Shown here one piece after another: positions 1 to 11,525 of a stretch of DNA of 64,000 bases. The notes beneath the pieces are model-generated. The model saw only the letters and a list, made by a program, of their open reading frames with translations, was not told where the DNA came from and did not search any database. The position numbers and the translations under genes are program-made. Positions within the stretch are counted from its first letter, which is position 1; each line of letters opens with the position of its first letter. This DNA is from Acidobacteriota bacterium (GTDB lineage Bacteria > Acidobacteriota > Thermoanaerobaculia > Multivoradales > JAHZIX01): contig JBCCXL010000003.1 of NCBI GenBank assembly GCA_039191605.1, forward strand, positions 257,543-321,542, written 5' to 3'.

Positions 1-473
1 ATGATGTTGAGGTCGAGGTCCTGATCATGGCCGGCGCCGGGGTAGTAGCTCGAGAGGGAGGAAACCATGGCGCAGAGAATCGCCATCGGATGGCCGGTGG
101 CGGGGAAGCCCTCGAAGAACTTCTTCATGTCTTCGTGGATCAGGGTGTGGCGGGTCAGCTCGGTGCTGAACGCCTTGCACTGTTCCTCGGTGGGCAGATC
201 ACCGTAGATCAGCAGGTAGCAAACTTCGACGAAGGAGCAATTCTCGGCGAGATCTTCGATGTCGTAGCCGCGATAGCGAAGAATGCCTTCTTCGCCGTTG
301 ATGAAGGTGATGGCGCTGTTGCAGGATCCGGTGCTGCCGTAGCCGGGATCCAGGGTGATGACCCCACTCTGGGCGCGGAGCTTGGCAATGTCGACGCCCT
401 GTTCGCCCTCGCTGCCTTCGACCACGGGGAGTTCGTATTCCTGGTCTGCGAACGTCAGCTTTGCGGTGCTCAT
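1..473 (-). CDS. gltA: Citrate synthase (type II), N-terminal ~157 codons; 3' end lies beyond the window start
   Basis: The reverse-strand translation starts MSTAKLTFADQEYELPVVEGSEGEQGVDIAKLRAQSGVITLDPGYGSTGSCNSAITFINGEEGILRYRGYDIEDLAENCSFVEVCYLLIYGDLPTEEQ... and aligns along its length with the N-terminus of E. coli GltA. The ATG is at 471-473 (minus strand) with GGAG upstream. The ORF track omits this ORF because it runs off the window edge. Confidence 0.85.
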   Translation of the reverse strand, partial: MSTAKLTFADQEYELPVVEGSEGEQGVDIAKLRAQSGVITLDPGYGSTGSCNSAITFINGEEGILRYRGYDIEDLAENCSFVEVCYLLIYGDLPTEEQCKAFSTELTRHTLIHEDMKKFFEGFPATGHPMAILCAMVSSLSSYYPGAGHDQDLDLNI

Positions 474-884
474 GGGGACTCCGGGAGTAAGGTGATGGAG
501 CGGATGACGCTCTCAAGAGGTTTCAATCTCTCCTGGAAATGCTCTCAGGAGAGGTATTTGATCTGGTGGGGAGCAGGGGCCAGGCGACGGAAAATCAGTC
601 CTGGAGCCGAGAGGCCCAGGGAGGAGGGGAAGAGGCTTCGGAACGGAATTCGGTCGCGGGAACCACCTCTAGGAATTGTATCTGCGGCCGGAGGCCGGTT
701 CAAGGTGCCGCAGTGCGGCGAGAGCCCTAGTTTAACCTCCGGCGAGGAAGCTCCAAGGGCTGGCAAGGTGGGCTCGTTCCCTGTCTAACGGTACGAAAAA
801 AGCCCCGCGACAGATGTGTGTCACGGGGCCTTGTGCCGCGTTGGGTCGTAATCTGCCGCGGCGCGTCACCGCGGCGGCAGTTCC

Positions 885-2075
885 TTAGCGTTCTCTCAAC
901 CCGGTGGCGATCGGAATGCGGGCCGCTCTCACCGCCGGCAGCAGGCCGCCGAAGAAGCCGAGGATCAGGGCGACGATGGCGCCGCTTACCAAGATTTGTG
1001 GAGTGACGTCGAAGGCGAAGGTGATCTGGCTGAAACTCTGCCAGTTGAGCGTCGCGGCGCGGGTACCGTCGAAGGCGAGGTAGGCGGCTAGCCCGCCGAG
1101 CACGCCGCCGCCGAGAGCTAGCACCATGGCTTCGGTCATCACCGCCGTGAGCACCGCCAAAGGAGAAAAGCCGAGGGCCCTCAGGGTGGCGATCTCCCGG
1201 GTGCGGTTGGCGACTGCCGAATACATCGTGTTGACCGCGGCGAACAGGGCGCCGAGGCCCATGACGATGGCCAGGAGCACCGCAATGGCTCGGATCCAGC
1301 CGGTGAGCAGGGCTCCCTGGCGATTGAAGTAGTTGGAAAGACGCTCGACCTTGACGTTGAGGCGAGGGTCGGCCTCGAGCTGAGCTTTGAAGGAATCGAA
1401 GGATTCGGGGGAGTCCAGGCGAGCGTAAACGCTCTGGAAGCTGTTGCCTCGTCGGTACGCTGGCTGCAGTACCCGGGCATCCGTCCATAGCTCCGATTCA
1501 AAGGCCGATCCACCGGCGGCGAAGGTGCCGACGATCTCCCAATCGTTGACGCCGAGACGCAGGGTCGAGCCCAGGTCGATGCCGGAGAACTCGGCGAGGG
1601 CTCCCTGGCCGACGATGATCTCCCGACGACCGGGGACAAAATTACGCCCGTCGAGGATCTCGAAGCCGTTCCGGATATCGAAGGCGGCGGGTTCGACGCC
1701 GCGCAGAGGAACGTTGGCATCCGTGCCGGTAGACCGTTTGTCGAGGTTCACCACCACGAAGAGCTCGGCGGAGGCGGCGGCCGATTCGCTGCCCCGGACG
1801 ATGCCTTCGGTATCGGCGATGATCCGGGTCTGATCGAGCTGCAGGCCGCTGGTGAGCTCGGTATCGGCACCGTCTCGCAGCACGATGGCCTGATCTTCGT
1901 CGCCGGAAGCGTCGAGGGTCGATAACAGCCCTTGGGCGATGGCGAGCACCGCCACCATCACCAGCACGACGCCGGCGATACCGACCATCGCCACCAGCGA
2001 GGGGCCGAGGCGTTGAGGGAGGCTCTTGATCTGGGTCAGGGTGACGGACACCATCTGGCGCAACAACATGATCAC
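885..2075 (-). CDS. ABC transporter permease, FtsX/MacB-like (N-terminal TM, periplasmic domain, C-terminal 3-TM FtsX domain)
   Basis: 396-aa ORF. It overlaps the upstream permease gene by 4 bp. The C-terminal region ...REIATLRALGFSPLAVLTAVMTEAMVLALGGGVLG... is typical of the FtsX domain. Confidence 0.8.
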   Translation of the reverse strand: MIMLLRQMVSVTLTQIKSLPQRLGPSLVAMVGIAGVVLVMVAVLAIAQGLLSTLDASGDEDQAIVLRDGADTELTSGLQLDQTRIIADTEGIVRGSESAAASAELFVVVNLDKRSTGTDANVPLRGVEPAAFDIRNGFEILDGRNFVPGRREIIVGQGALAEFSGIDLGSTLRLGVNDWEIVGTFAAGGSAFESELWTDARVLQPAYRRGNSFQSVYARLDSPESFDSFKAQLEADPRLNVKVERLSNYFNRQGALLTGWIRAIAVLLAIVMGLGALFAAVNTMYSAVANRTREIATLRALGFSPLAVLTAVMTEAMVLALGGGVLGGLAAYLAFDGTRAATLNWQSFSQITFAFDVTPQILVSGAIVALILGFFGGLLPAVRAARIPIATGLRER

Positions 2076-3229
2076 ACTCTCCTCAGGGCGTCGGCGATGC
2101 GTAGACGGTTCGCCTGTAGCGCAGGCAAGAGGCCGGCTACCAAGCCCACGCCGAGAACCAAGATCACGCCGGTCACGATCTTGTCCGCCGGCAGGTGGAA
2201 GATGGGGAAGAAGTTGCGCACCGCCTCTCCCACCCCGAGCACCATCACGTAGCCGATGCCGAGGCCCAGGAGTCCGCCGGCCAGGGCCAGCAGCATGGAT
2301 TCACCGAGCACGGTGAAGAGGGTCGTGCGATCGCTAAAGCCGAGGGATTTCAGCACCGCCAGCTCCGCGGTCCGCTCCCGGACCGCCTGGGCCATGGTGT
2401 TGGCGGCTACCAGCAGAATGGTGAAGAACACCGCGGTGAGGATCGAGCGGATGATCGAGCTGATATTGCCAATCTGATTGGCGAAGCCCTGGGCGAAGGC
2501 CTTCTCCGTAGAGGTCTTGGTCTCGTTGGGAGAGTTGGCAAACTCGCTATCCACCGCGAGGGCGATCTCCGCTGCTTGTTCTGGTTGGTTGACGCTCACC
2601 AGATACCAGCCCACCTGCCCGAGCTCGCCCATGGCTTGGTCCAGGTAGTCGATGCGGAAGTACATGCTCGACTCGTCGAGGTTCTTGTTCTTGGCCCTGT
2701 AGACGCCAACGATCTCGAATTCCCAGGTCTCTTCTGGGTTGTCGACTTTGCGGAAGATGTCTCCCTGAACGGGGATCCGGTCGCCCACAGACCAGCTGAA
2801 GCGCTTCAGCAGATCCGCCCCAACGATGGCGCCGATGCGGGTGCTTTCCCAGGCCGCCCGGTGCTCCGCTGAAAGATCGATTTCCGGGTACATGTCGAGG
2901 AATCCAGAAGGTTCCACGGCGATCTTGGGAAAGAAGTTTTTGGGGTCCTGATAGACCCCCCCGAACCAAATATTGGGCGTCGCTGCCCGCACTCCCTCGA
3001 TCTTCTCCATTCGTGAGCCATAGCTCGCCGGCAGCAGCTGGATGATCGAGACCTTGTGGCGAACTACCAGACGGTCGACCCCTTCGAGATCGACCCCGGC
3101 GCTGAGGGCCTGTTCGAGGGCTCCCAGCAGCGAGAAGAGGATGAAGGCGACGGCGATGCACAGCACGGTGAGCACCGAGCGCAGGGAGCGCCGCCGCAGG
3201 TTGGCGCGAACCAGCTTGAACCAGCTCAT
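2072..3229 (-). CDS. ABC transporter permease, FtsX/MacB-like (second permease of the pair)
   Basis: 385-aa ORF. The FtsX-domain motif ...RERTAELAVLKSLGFSDRTTLFTVLGESMLLALAGG... is present. It overlaps the ATPase gene by 4 bp. Confidence 0.8.
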   Translation of the reverse strand: MSWFKLVRANLRRRSLRSVLTVLCIAVAFILFSLLGALEQALSAGVDLEGVDRLVVRHKVSIIQLLPASYGSRMEKIEGVRAATPNIWFGGVYQDPKNFFPKIAVEPSGFLDMYPEIDLSAEHRAAWESTRIGAIVGADLLKRFSWSVGDRIPVQGDIFRKVDNPEETWEFEIVGVYRAKNKNLDESSMYFRIDYLDQAMGELGQVGWYLVSVNQPEQAAEIALAVDSEFANSPNETKTSTEKAFAQGFANQIGNISSIIRSILTAVFFTILLVAANTMAQAVRERTAELAVLKSLGFSDRTTLFTVLGESMLLALAGGLLGLGIGYVMVLGVGEAVRNFFPIFHLPADKIVTGVILVLGVGLVAGLLPALQANRLRIADALRRV

Positions 3230-3960
3230 GCCGCCTGCTCCTTCGATACCAGGCGCCCCTTGTCGAGGTGGACGGTGCGCCCCGCTCTCGCGGCGGCTCG
3301 CGGGTCGTGGGTCACCATCACGATGGTCTTCCCGTGCTCCTCGTTGAGGGCCTGGAGCAGGTCGAGGATGCCGTCTCCGCTCTCGCGATCGAGGTCTCCC
3401 GTCGGCTCGTCACAGAGCAGGATGGTGGGATCGGTGACGATGGCGCGGGCGATACCCACCCGCTGTTCCTGTCCGCCGGAGAGCTGGCGGGGGTAATGCC
3501 GGGCGCGGTCCGAGAGCCCCACCAGGGAGAGAGCGGTGGCGGCGTGCTGGCGACGCTGGGCCCGCCCGAGGTTGGTGAGCAGCAGCGGCAGCTCGACGTT
3601 GTCCTGGGCGGTGAGCACCGGCATCAGGTTGTAGAACTGGAAGACGAAACCCACGTGCCGGGCGCGCCAGCGGGCCAGCTGGTTGCCGCTCAGCTGGTCG
3701 ATGCGGGCGGAGCCCACCTCCACCGAGCCCTCGCTGGGGCGATCGAGGCCGCCGATGAGGTTCAGCAGGGTGGATTTACCGGATCCAGAGGGGCCCATCA
3801 GGGCGACGTATTCCCCCTGAGCGACGTCCAGGTCCAGACCCTTGAGCACGTCGACCTGTTCTGAGCCGCGGCGGTAGATCTTGTGGACGCCTCGGACCCT
3901 TACCAGGGGGTCGCCGGATGGTGCTGCGTGAGATTCGTGGGCGGCGTCAGCTGGGCTCAT
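3226..3960 (-). CDS. ABC transporter ATP-binding protein (LolD/MacB-NBD-like)
   Basis: Walker A GPSGSGKST, ABC signature LSGGQEQR, Walker B ILLCDEPTGDLD and the H-loop VTHD are all present. Confidence 0.9.
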   Translation of the reverse strand: MSPADAAHESHAAPSGDPLVRVRGVHKIYRRGSEQVDVLKGLDLDVAQGEYVALMGPSGSGKSTLLNLIGGLDRPSEGSVEVGSARIDQLSGNQLARWRARHVGFVFQFYNLMPVLTAQDNVELPLLLTNLGRAQRRQHAATALSLVGLSDRARHYPRQLSGGQEQRVGIARAIVTDPTILLCDEPTGDLDRESGDGILDLLQALNEEHGKTIVMVTHDPRAAARAGRTVHLDKGRLVSKEQAA

Positions 3961-4125
3961 AATGACTTCCTCCTCGGGGCTCCCCGCGGGCGTTGAGAGC
4001 GGGGGCGATTGAGTTCAGGGCTAAGCTCGAAAAGCGATTGGAGTCCAAAGTTTAGGGGGGTATGTCGATCCGCTGGATGAGGACATCTGCGGGTCTAGCC
4101 GCTAGTGACGGTCACAGGATCATCG

Positions 4126-5346
4126 TCATGGGCTTGTCGTTACCGCAGCGCCGTTGCTGAGCCCTTGCGGAGGGTCGGCGATGGCCCGCTCTCCGGGCGC
4201 CGCTCCGGAGGTGATCTCCATCAGCGCCCCCCGTTCGCGGCCGAGAGTGACGAAGCGCTGCTCCGCGGCGCCGTCCCGGACCACCCAGATGGCGTCCTTG
4301 CCGTCGATGCGGGTGATCGCTCTGCGGGAGAGCAGAATCACCGACTCTGCGGTACCCGAGTCGGCGGCGGGTTCGGGGTCGGCATCCAGGAAGGAAACCT
4401 TCACCCCCATATCTGGGAGAATTCGGGGATCCAGCTGGTCAAAGGCGATGCGCACCTTCACCGTGGCCTTCTGCCGATCGGCGGTGGGCACGGAGGTGAT
4501 CACCGACGCCGGGATATCCCAATCCGGGTAGGCGTCGAGATTGGCGGAGACTCGCTGCTCGCTCTCTACCCGGTCGATGTAGGCCTCGTTGACGTCCACC
4601 TCGATTTCCAGGGAGCTCATATCGACCACGGTGCAGATGCCGGTGCGGGTGAAGCCGCCGCCGGCGGACACCGGCGAGATCATCTCCCCCGGCTGGGCGT
4701 CCTTGGTCACCACCACGCCATCGAAGGGGGCGCGGATGATGGTGTCCTCCAGCTCCTGACGGCGAAGCTCGATGCGTCGCTGGGCCAGGGTCACCTGCTC
4801 GTCGGCGGTAGCTCGCTGGGCGATCAGGGAATCGACGGCGGCGCTGGCGGTGTCCAGAGCGTCTTGCGTCTCTACGCCGGCGGCGGCGAGCTTTTCCACT
4901 CGGGCGAGGCGAACCTGCGCCTCCTGCAGTCGCACCGCGACCTCCCGCTGCTGCGCCTCGCTGGTGGCGAGCTCCTGGCGAGAGAGAGCCAGCTGTCGAG
5001 ATTCCCGCACCGAGTCCAGGCGGGCCAGGACCTGCCCCTGCTTCACCACGTCTCCCTCTTCGATCAGCACCTCGTCAATGCGGGCGGTGGTCTTTGAGGA
5101 GACCGTCGCTCGGCGCCGCGGGGTGACATAGCCGGAGGCGTCCAGCACGCTGGCTTGAGGCGTTCCTGCCTCCACCCGCTGAACGGTTACCGTCTCTACC
5201 TCCGTTGTCTGGGGGCGCTGGAAAAACCACCATGCGCCAGCGCCGAAGGCGAGGATCAGGAGCACCAAGACCCAGGGCCACCGCTTGCGCGGAGACGGGG
5301 CGCTGCGGTCGATACGCAAGTCTTCCAAAGAGGGCTGATTCGTCAT
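4126..5346 (-). CDS. Efflux transporter periplasmic adaptor (HlyD/MacA family membrane fusion protein)
   Basis: 406 aa. It has an N-terminal TM segment (WPWVLVLLILAFGAGAWWFF), a long coiled-coil (repeated ...QRELATSEAQQREVAVRLQEAQ...) and a beta-barrel region. It is the first gene of the adaptor-ATPase-permease-permease operon. Confidence 0.8.
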   Translation of the reverse strand: MTNQPSLEDLRIDRSAPSPRKRWPWVLVLLILAFGAGAWWFFQRPQTTEVETVTVQRVEAGTPQASVLDASGYVTPRRRATVSSKTTARIDEVLIEEGDVVKQGQVLARLDSVRESRQLALSRQELATSEAQQREVAVRLQEAQVRLARVEKLAAAGVETQDALDTASAAVDSLIAQRATADEQVTLAQRRIELRRQELEDTIIRAPFDGVVVTKDAQPGEMISPVSAGGGFTRTGICTVVDMSSLEIEVDVNEAYIDRVESEQRVSANLDAYPDWDIPASVITSVPTADRQKATVKVRIAFDQLDPRILPDMGVKVSFLDADPEPAADSGTAESVILLSRRAITRIDGKDAIWVVRDGAAEQRFVTLGRERGALMEITSGAAPGERAIADPPQGLSNGAAVTTSP

Positions 5347-5402
5347 CGTAGGGGCTTCTCGCCACGGAGTACCGCGGCGCGTCGTGGAAGGATAAAAATC
5401 GG

Positions 5403-5459
5403 AGCTGGCAAGACGGAAACCGGCAAGACCGAGACTGGCAAGTCGAGACTGGCAAATCC
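5403..5459. repeat. Degenerate tandem direct repeats (core GGCAAGAC/GGCAAGTC; 14-bp unit gagactggcaaRtc x2) upstream of the efflux operon
   Basis: ctggcaagacg..ccggcaagacc gagactggcaagtc gagactggcaaatc, read directly from the sequence. Confidence 0.6.
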
Positions 5460-5481
5460 ATCGCTGGCGCGTCTAGGGCCA

Positions 5482-5498
5482 GCGAATTCGAAATTCGC
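5482..5498. promoter_or_regulatory. Perfect 7-bp inverted repeat with 3-bp spacer (gcgaatt-cga-aattcgc), candidate operator
   Basis: Palindrome read directly. It lies about 140 bp upstream of the adaptor-gene start (5346, minus strand), in the queE/efflux intergenic region. Confidence 0.4.
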
Positions 5499-5580
5499 AA
5501 GTTGGGAATGTCTTGCTCCCTAGACTACGCGATAGTGATCGCGATGTTCCATCGTCGAGATCGGAACAGCGACATTGGAA

Positions 5581-5608
5581 CCGCCAGATTGGAGCCGCCA
5601 GATTGGAG
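5581..5608. repeat. Tandem 14-bp direct repeat ccgccagattggag x2
   Basis: Read directly. Same intergenic region as above. Confidence 0.6.
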
Positions 5609-5712
5609 TCACGGAGTACGAGGCCCGCTTCCGGCTCGTACCGAGGGCCAATGAGCCGATTCGGGGTGCTTTTGGGGGGATCTCGAGCCGACCGATGCCC
5701 CTCGGCGTCGGC

Positions 5713-6522
5713 CTAGACGCCGCGGGTGGTGGCGTCCCAGATCACCTTATGCACCTGGACCTGCAGCCGCACCGGAAGCCGATCTTCCAAGATCCAGCGA
5801 GCGAGCTCCGCCGGATCGAGGCCCGGTTGCTGCGGCTGGAGGTTGGTCGATGAGCCGTGCATCGGTGAAAAGTGCACCGGGCAGCGTTCGGCGAGGCGAT
5901 GTTCCCGCAGCAGGTCCCGAGCCCATTCGTAATCCTCGCGGTGGGAGATCACCAGCTTCAGCTCGTCCCGCTCGGTGAGGATTTGAAGGTTGGGCCAGTG
6001 GTTGTTCTCCGCTTCTCCGCTGCCGGGGCATTTGATGTCCAGAATGCGGTGTACTCGCGGATCGACGGCCGAGATGTCGAGCCCCCCGCCGGTCTCCAGC
6101 AGCACTTCATAGCCCGACTCACACAAGCGGTGGAGCAGGGGAATCGCGGCGGGCTGCAGCAAGGGCTCTCCGCCGGTGAGCTCCACTAGGGGGCAGCCGA
6201 AGTCCGCCACCTGGTCCATCACCTCGTCGAGGGAGAGCCACTCCCCCTGGTGAAAGGCGTAGGGTGTATCGCACCAGGTGCAGCGCATCTGGCAGCCGGT
6301 GAGGCGAATCAGCACGCAGGGTCGTCCGGCGAAGGTGGACTCCCCTTGAATGGAGTAGAAGATCTCGTGGATCCTCACTCTCTCGAGGGCCCGTCGCCGG
6401 CGAGGTTGAGCGGCTGAAGCTTCCGGCGTCGAGGTCTCTGTCACCGAAGCGGAAGTAGCCGAAGCCTCCCCTATCGACTCGACAGTCGAAGCCTTGGAAA
6501 GCGGACGGGATGAGCGGTTCAT
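5713..6522 (-). CDS. queE: 7-carboxy-7-deazaguanine synthase QueE (radical SAM); true start probably internal
   Basis: ...IHEIFYSIQGESTFAGRPCVLIRLTGCQMRCTWCDTPYA... matches the QueE cluster-binding CX14CX2C-type motif and its N-terminal signature. The first ~50 aa of the listed ORF are Ser/Thr/Ala-rich low complexity. An in-frame GTG (VRIHEIF, near 6375) is a plausible true start. Confidence 0.8.
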   Translation of the reverse strand: MNRSSRPLSKASTVESIGEASATSASVTETSTPEASAAQPRRRRALERVRIHEIFYSIQGESTFAGRPCVLIRLTGCQMRCTWCDTPYAFHQGEWLSLDEVMDQVADFGCPLVELTGGEPLLQPAAIPLLHRLCESGYEVLLETGGGLDISAVDPRVHRILDIKCPGSGEAENNHWPNLQILTERDELKLVISHREDYEWARDLLREHRLAERCPVHFSPMHGSSTNLQPQQPGLDPAELARWILEDRLPVRLQVQVHKVIWDATTRGV

Positions 6523-6580
6523 CGTGAAGAAGACCCTTGGGCGGCCTGCATCGGGTCACCGCCGGTGGGGGGCGCGGCCC

Positions 6581-6961
6581 TCAGGGCTCGCGGTAGGTGG
6601 CGCAGGAGGTGTCGTTCTCCCAGACCTCCACTTTCTCTACGCTCACTCGGGAGCCGTGACGCTCTGCCAGCTTATTCCGGCACTCGCGATAGACGAATTG
6701 GGCGAGGAGCTCCGCGGTGGGGTTGATGCGGTCGAAGGGCGGGTGATCGTTGATCAGCTGGTGGTCGAAGTGTCCGGCGACATCGTTGACCAGGGCCTTG
6801 AGATCGGAGAAATCGATCACCATGCCCAGCTCATTGAGCTCCGTGGCGCTGAGAAAAAGCCGGACCCTGTAGTTGTGCCCGTGGAGGTTCTGGCAGCCGC
6901 CGGTGTGGCCGCGAACCTGGTGAGCGGCGCTGAACTTGAAGTCTTTGAATACGGTAAACAT
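6581..6961 (-). CDS. queD: 6-carboxy-5,6,7,8-tetrahydropterin synthase QueD
   Basis: 126 aa, starting MFTVFKDFKFSAAHQVRGHTGGCQNLHGHNY... The CxxxHGH zinc motif and the length are typical of QueD and the PTPS family. It sits adjacent to queE. Confidence 0.85.
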   Translation of the reverse strand: MFTVFKDFKFSAAHQVRGHTGGCQNLHGHNYRVRLFLSATELNELGMVIDFSDLKALVNDVAGHFDHQLINDHPPFDRINPTAELLAQFVYRECRNKLAERHGSRVSVEKVEVWENDTSCATYREP

Positions 6962-7257
6962 CGATCGGTGGGGAGTCGTGGAGAGCGCTTGGGGTGGGTC
7001 AGAGGGCTTGCCCGAGTCGCTCCGCGGGGGAGGCGATCGTCGGGCCGTTGTTTACTGAAGAGTGTGTGCTGAGGAGCGTTTGCTGAGGGGGAGTGCCCGC
7101 CGAGAGGTGCCCGCTGAGGAGGGGCAGCCTAGCAGAGGGGAATGTCGCGTCGCGGCGGTCGGTTATTAGGAGATACGACCTCTCGGCCCAGGGAGCCCGA
7201 GGGGACGGGAGCCTCCCTTCGTGGGGACGCTCTCCCAAGTCTCCCTGACTCCCTCTC

Positions 7258-7303
7258 CTCCCCGGGTCGTCGACTCCCTCCTCGACCCGGGCTTTTTTCT
7301 TTG
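7258..7303 (+). terminator. Rho-independent terminator on the plus strand (9-bp GC stem cccgggtcg/cgacccggg, then cTTTTTTcTTT)
   Basis: cccgggtcgtcgactccctcctcgacccgggcttttttcttt, read directly. No plus-strand gene lies upstream. The orientation is wrong for acnA, which is on the minus strand. Confidence 0.6.
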
Positions 7304-7439
7304 CAGGGGGTAGCGAGTCAGTGCGTGATGATCGTTGGGCAGATTCGAGAGACGAGGGGGTGGGCCGGTGGCTTGGGTGACTTCCGGATCTAGCGGTAGA
7401 CCCTCAGCGTCAGCCTGGCGATCGGCCCGCCCCGGTGGC

Positions 7440-10193
<2,754 letters not shown>

Positions 10194-10396
10194 GGGGTGC
10201 TCCTCGAAGCTAAAGGCAGGTCGCCGAAGGCGGCAACTCGATGGGGTGATGCAGTGGAGAGGTGACTACCCTTTTCGGCGCGAGCCAGGCAGTCTAGTGA
10301 GTTAGCCATTGTACACGCTTGCCGGACTTGGCCCGCGGAGTGACGGTGAGGATCCGGAAACGGCGAATGAGGCTCCGTCGCGTTAAGATAATCCCG

Positions 10397-11041
10397 ATGT
10401 CCGAGTCGATGAACGATCTTCGCGCGCCGGTCCTCCTGGTGGCCCTGCCGCAGGTGCTGGATCCTCATTTTCGGCGTTCGGTGGTGCTGATCGTGCGCCA
10501 CGACGAGGAAGGCACCCTGGGTTTCATCATCAACCGGCGCACCGATCTGCGGATGATCGAAGTGCTGGCGGATCTGAAGATCCTGGAAGAGGCGGATCAG
10601 CCAGAGGAACCAGAAGAAATCGCCGGCGACGAGGAGCAGGTCGGAGAATCCGCGGATCGGGTGTACTACGGCGGGCCGGTGCTGCCGCAGCTGGGATCGG
10701 TCTTCTTCTCCGTCGATGAGGCTCCGGAGGTGCTCGATGGTGAGGGGGTCACGGAGGTGATGCCGGGGATCGCCATGACCCAGCAGATCATCGATCTAGA
10801 CCGCCTGTATCGCGATCCGCCGCGGTATTTGCGCCTCTACCAGGGCTGCGCCGGGTGGGGTCAGGATCAGCTGATGGATGAGATCCTGCGCAACGACTGG
10901 CTGACGGTGCCGGCGACGGAAGAGCTGATCTTCGCCGAAGAGCCGGAAAGCGTATGGGAGCGCGCGGTGCGAGGGGCGGGCATCGATCCGGCCTCGCTGC
11001 CGTCCTGGACGACGCCGGCGGATGCCGCCGACGCCAATTGA
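10397..11041 (+). CDS. YqgE/AlgH family protein (UPF0301)
   Basis: ...LLVALPQVLDPHFRRSVVLIVRHDEEGTLGFIINRRTD... is the hallmark N-terminal block of the YqgE/AlgH family. The ORF track starts at 10319; the start at the MSES methionine (10397) is preferred. Confidence 0.7.
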   Translation: MSESMNDLRAPVLLVALPQVLDPHFRRSVVLIVRHDEEGTLGFIINRRTDLRMIEVLADLKILEEADQPEEPEEIAGDEEQVGESADRVYYGGPVLPQLGSVFFSVDEAPEVLDGEGVTEVMPGIAMTQQIIDLDRLYRDPPRYLRLYQGCAGWGQDQLMDEILRNDWLTVPATEELIFAEEPESVWERAVRGAGIDPASLPSWTTPADAADAN

Positions 11042-11094
11042 GCTCCGTCGCCGCCCCCTTGCTCGCCTCTAGCGTTTCGCGGACTCGTTTACCG

Positions 11095-11140
11095 CTTCAC
11101 CTTCAGTTCTTCAGTCCTTCAGTCCTTCAGTCCTTCAATC
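11095..11140. repeat. 8-bp tandem repeat (cttcagtc)n, about 5.7 copies
   Basis: cttcac cttcagtt cttcagtc cttcagtc cttcagtc cttcaatc, read directly. It lies about 30 bp upstream of the holin-family gene. Confidence 0.8.
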
Positions 11141-11171
11141 GACCTATCTGCAAACCTCGAGAGGAGACCCC

Positions 11172-11525
11172 ATGAGAGCGATTCTCCAGGTGGTGATCAA
11201 CGCCGTGGCGATCTGGGCCGCGGCCAAGCTGGTGCCGGGGGTGGACTATTACGGCACCGTTTGGATGCTGCTGCTGGCCGGCTTGGTGATGGGCGTCATC
11301 AACCTCTTGGTGAAGCCCATCGTGACCCTATTGTCTTTGCCTCTGATTCTGCTCACCCTCGGCCTCTTCTACCTGGTGGTCAACGGAGTGATGCTGCAGT
11401 TGGCGGCGATGCTGGTGCCGGGGTTCTCGATCTCCGGCTGCCTGCCGGCGGTGCTCGGAGCGCTGGTGTTTTCGGTGGTCAACTGGGTCCTCGGTGGCCT
11501 GCTGGCGGAATCCGATGACGACTGA
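11172..11525 (+). CDS. Small 4-TM membrane protein, phage holin superfamily IV-like (PF04020-like)
   Basis: 117 aa and strongly hydrophobic. ...PLILLTLGLFYLVVNGVMLQLAAMLVPGFSISG... resembles the family consensus (TLGLF..vvNalll...vpGF). The identity rests on resemblance to the family consensus. Confidence 0.5.
   Translation: MRAILQVVINAVAIWAAAKLVPGVDYYGTVWMLLLAGLVMGVINLLVKPIVTLLSLPLILLTLGLFYLVVNGVMLQLAAMLVPGFSISGCLPAVLGALVFSVVNWVLGGLLAESDDD

Noticed and set aside
27-788. 253-aa plus-strand ORF in the ORF track
   Set aside because: It lies antisense to the clearly recognisable citrate synthase gene (minus strand, 1-473). Its composition is typical of GC-rich antisense frames.
6494-7072. 192-aa plus-strand ORF overlapping queD
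   Set aside because: It is antisense to queD. Long antisense frames like this are expected at this GC content. No ribosome-binding site and no family signal.
11172-11525. Holin-family gene as evidence of a prophage
   Set aside because: No phage structural, integrase, terminase or endolysin genes are nearby. PF04020-like small membrane proteins are widespread outside phages.
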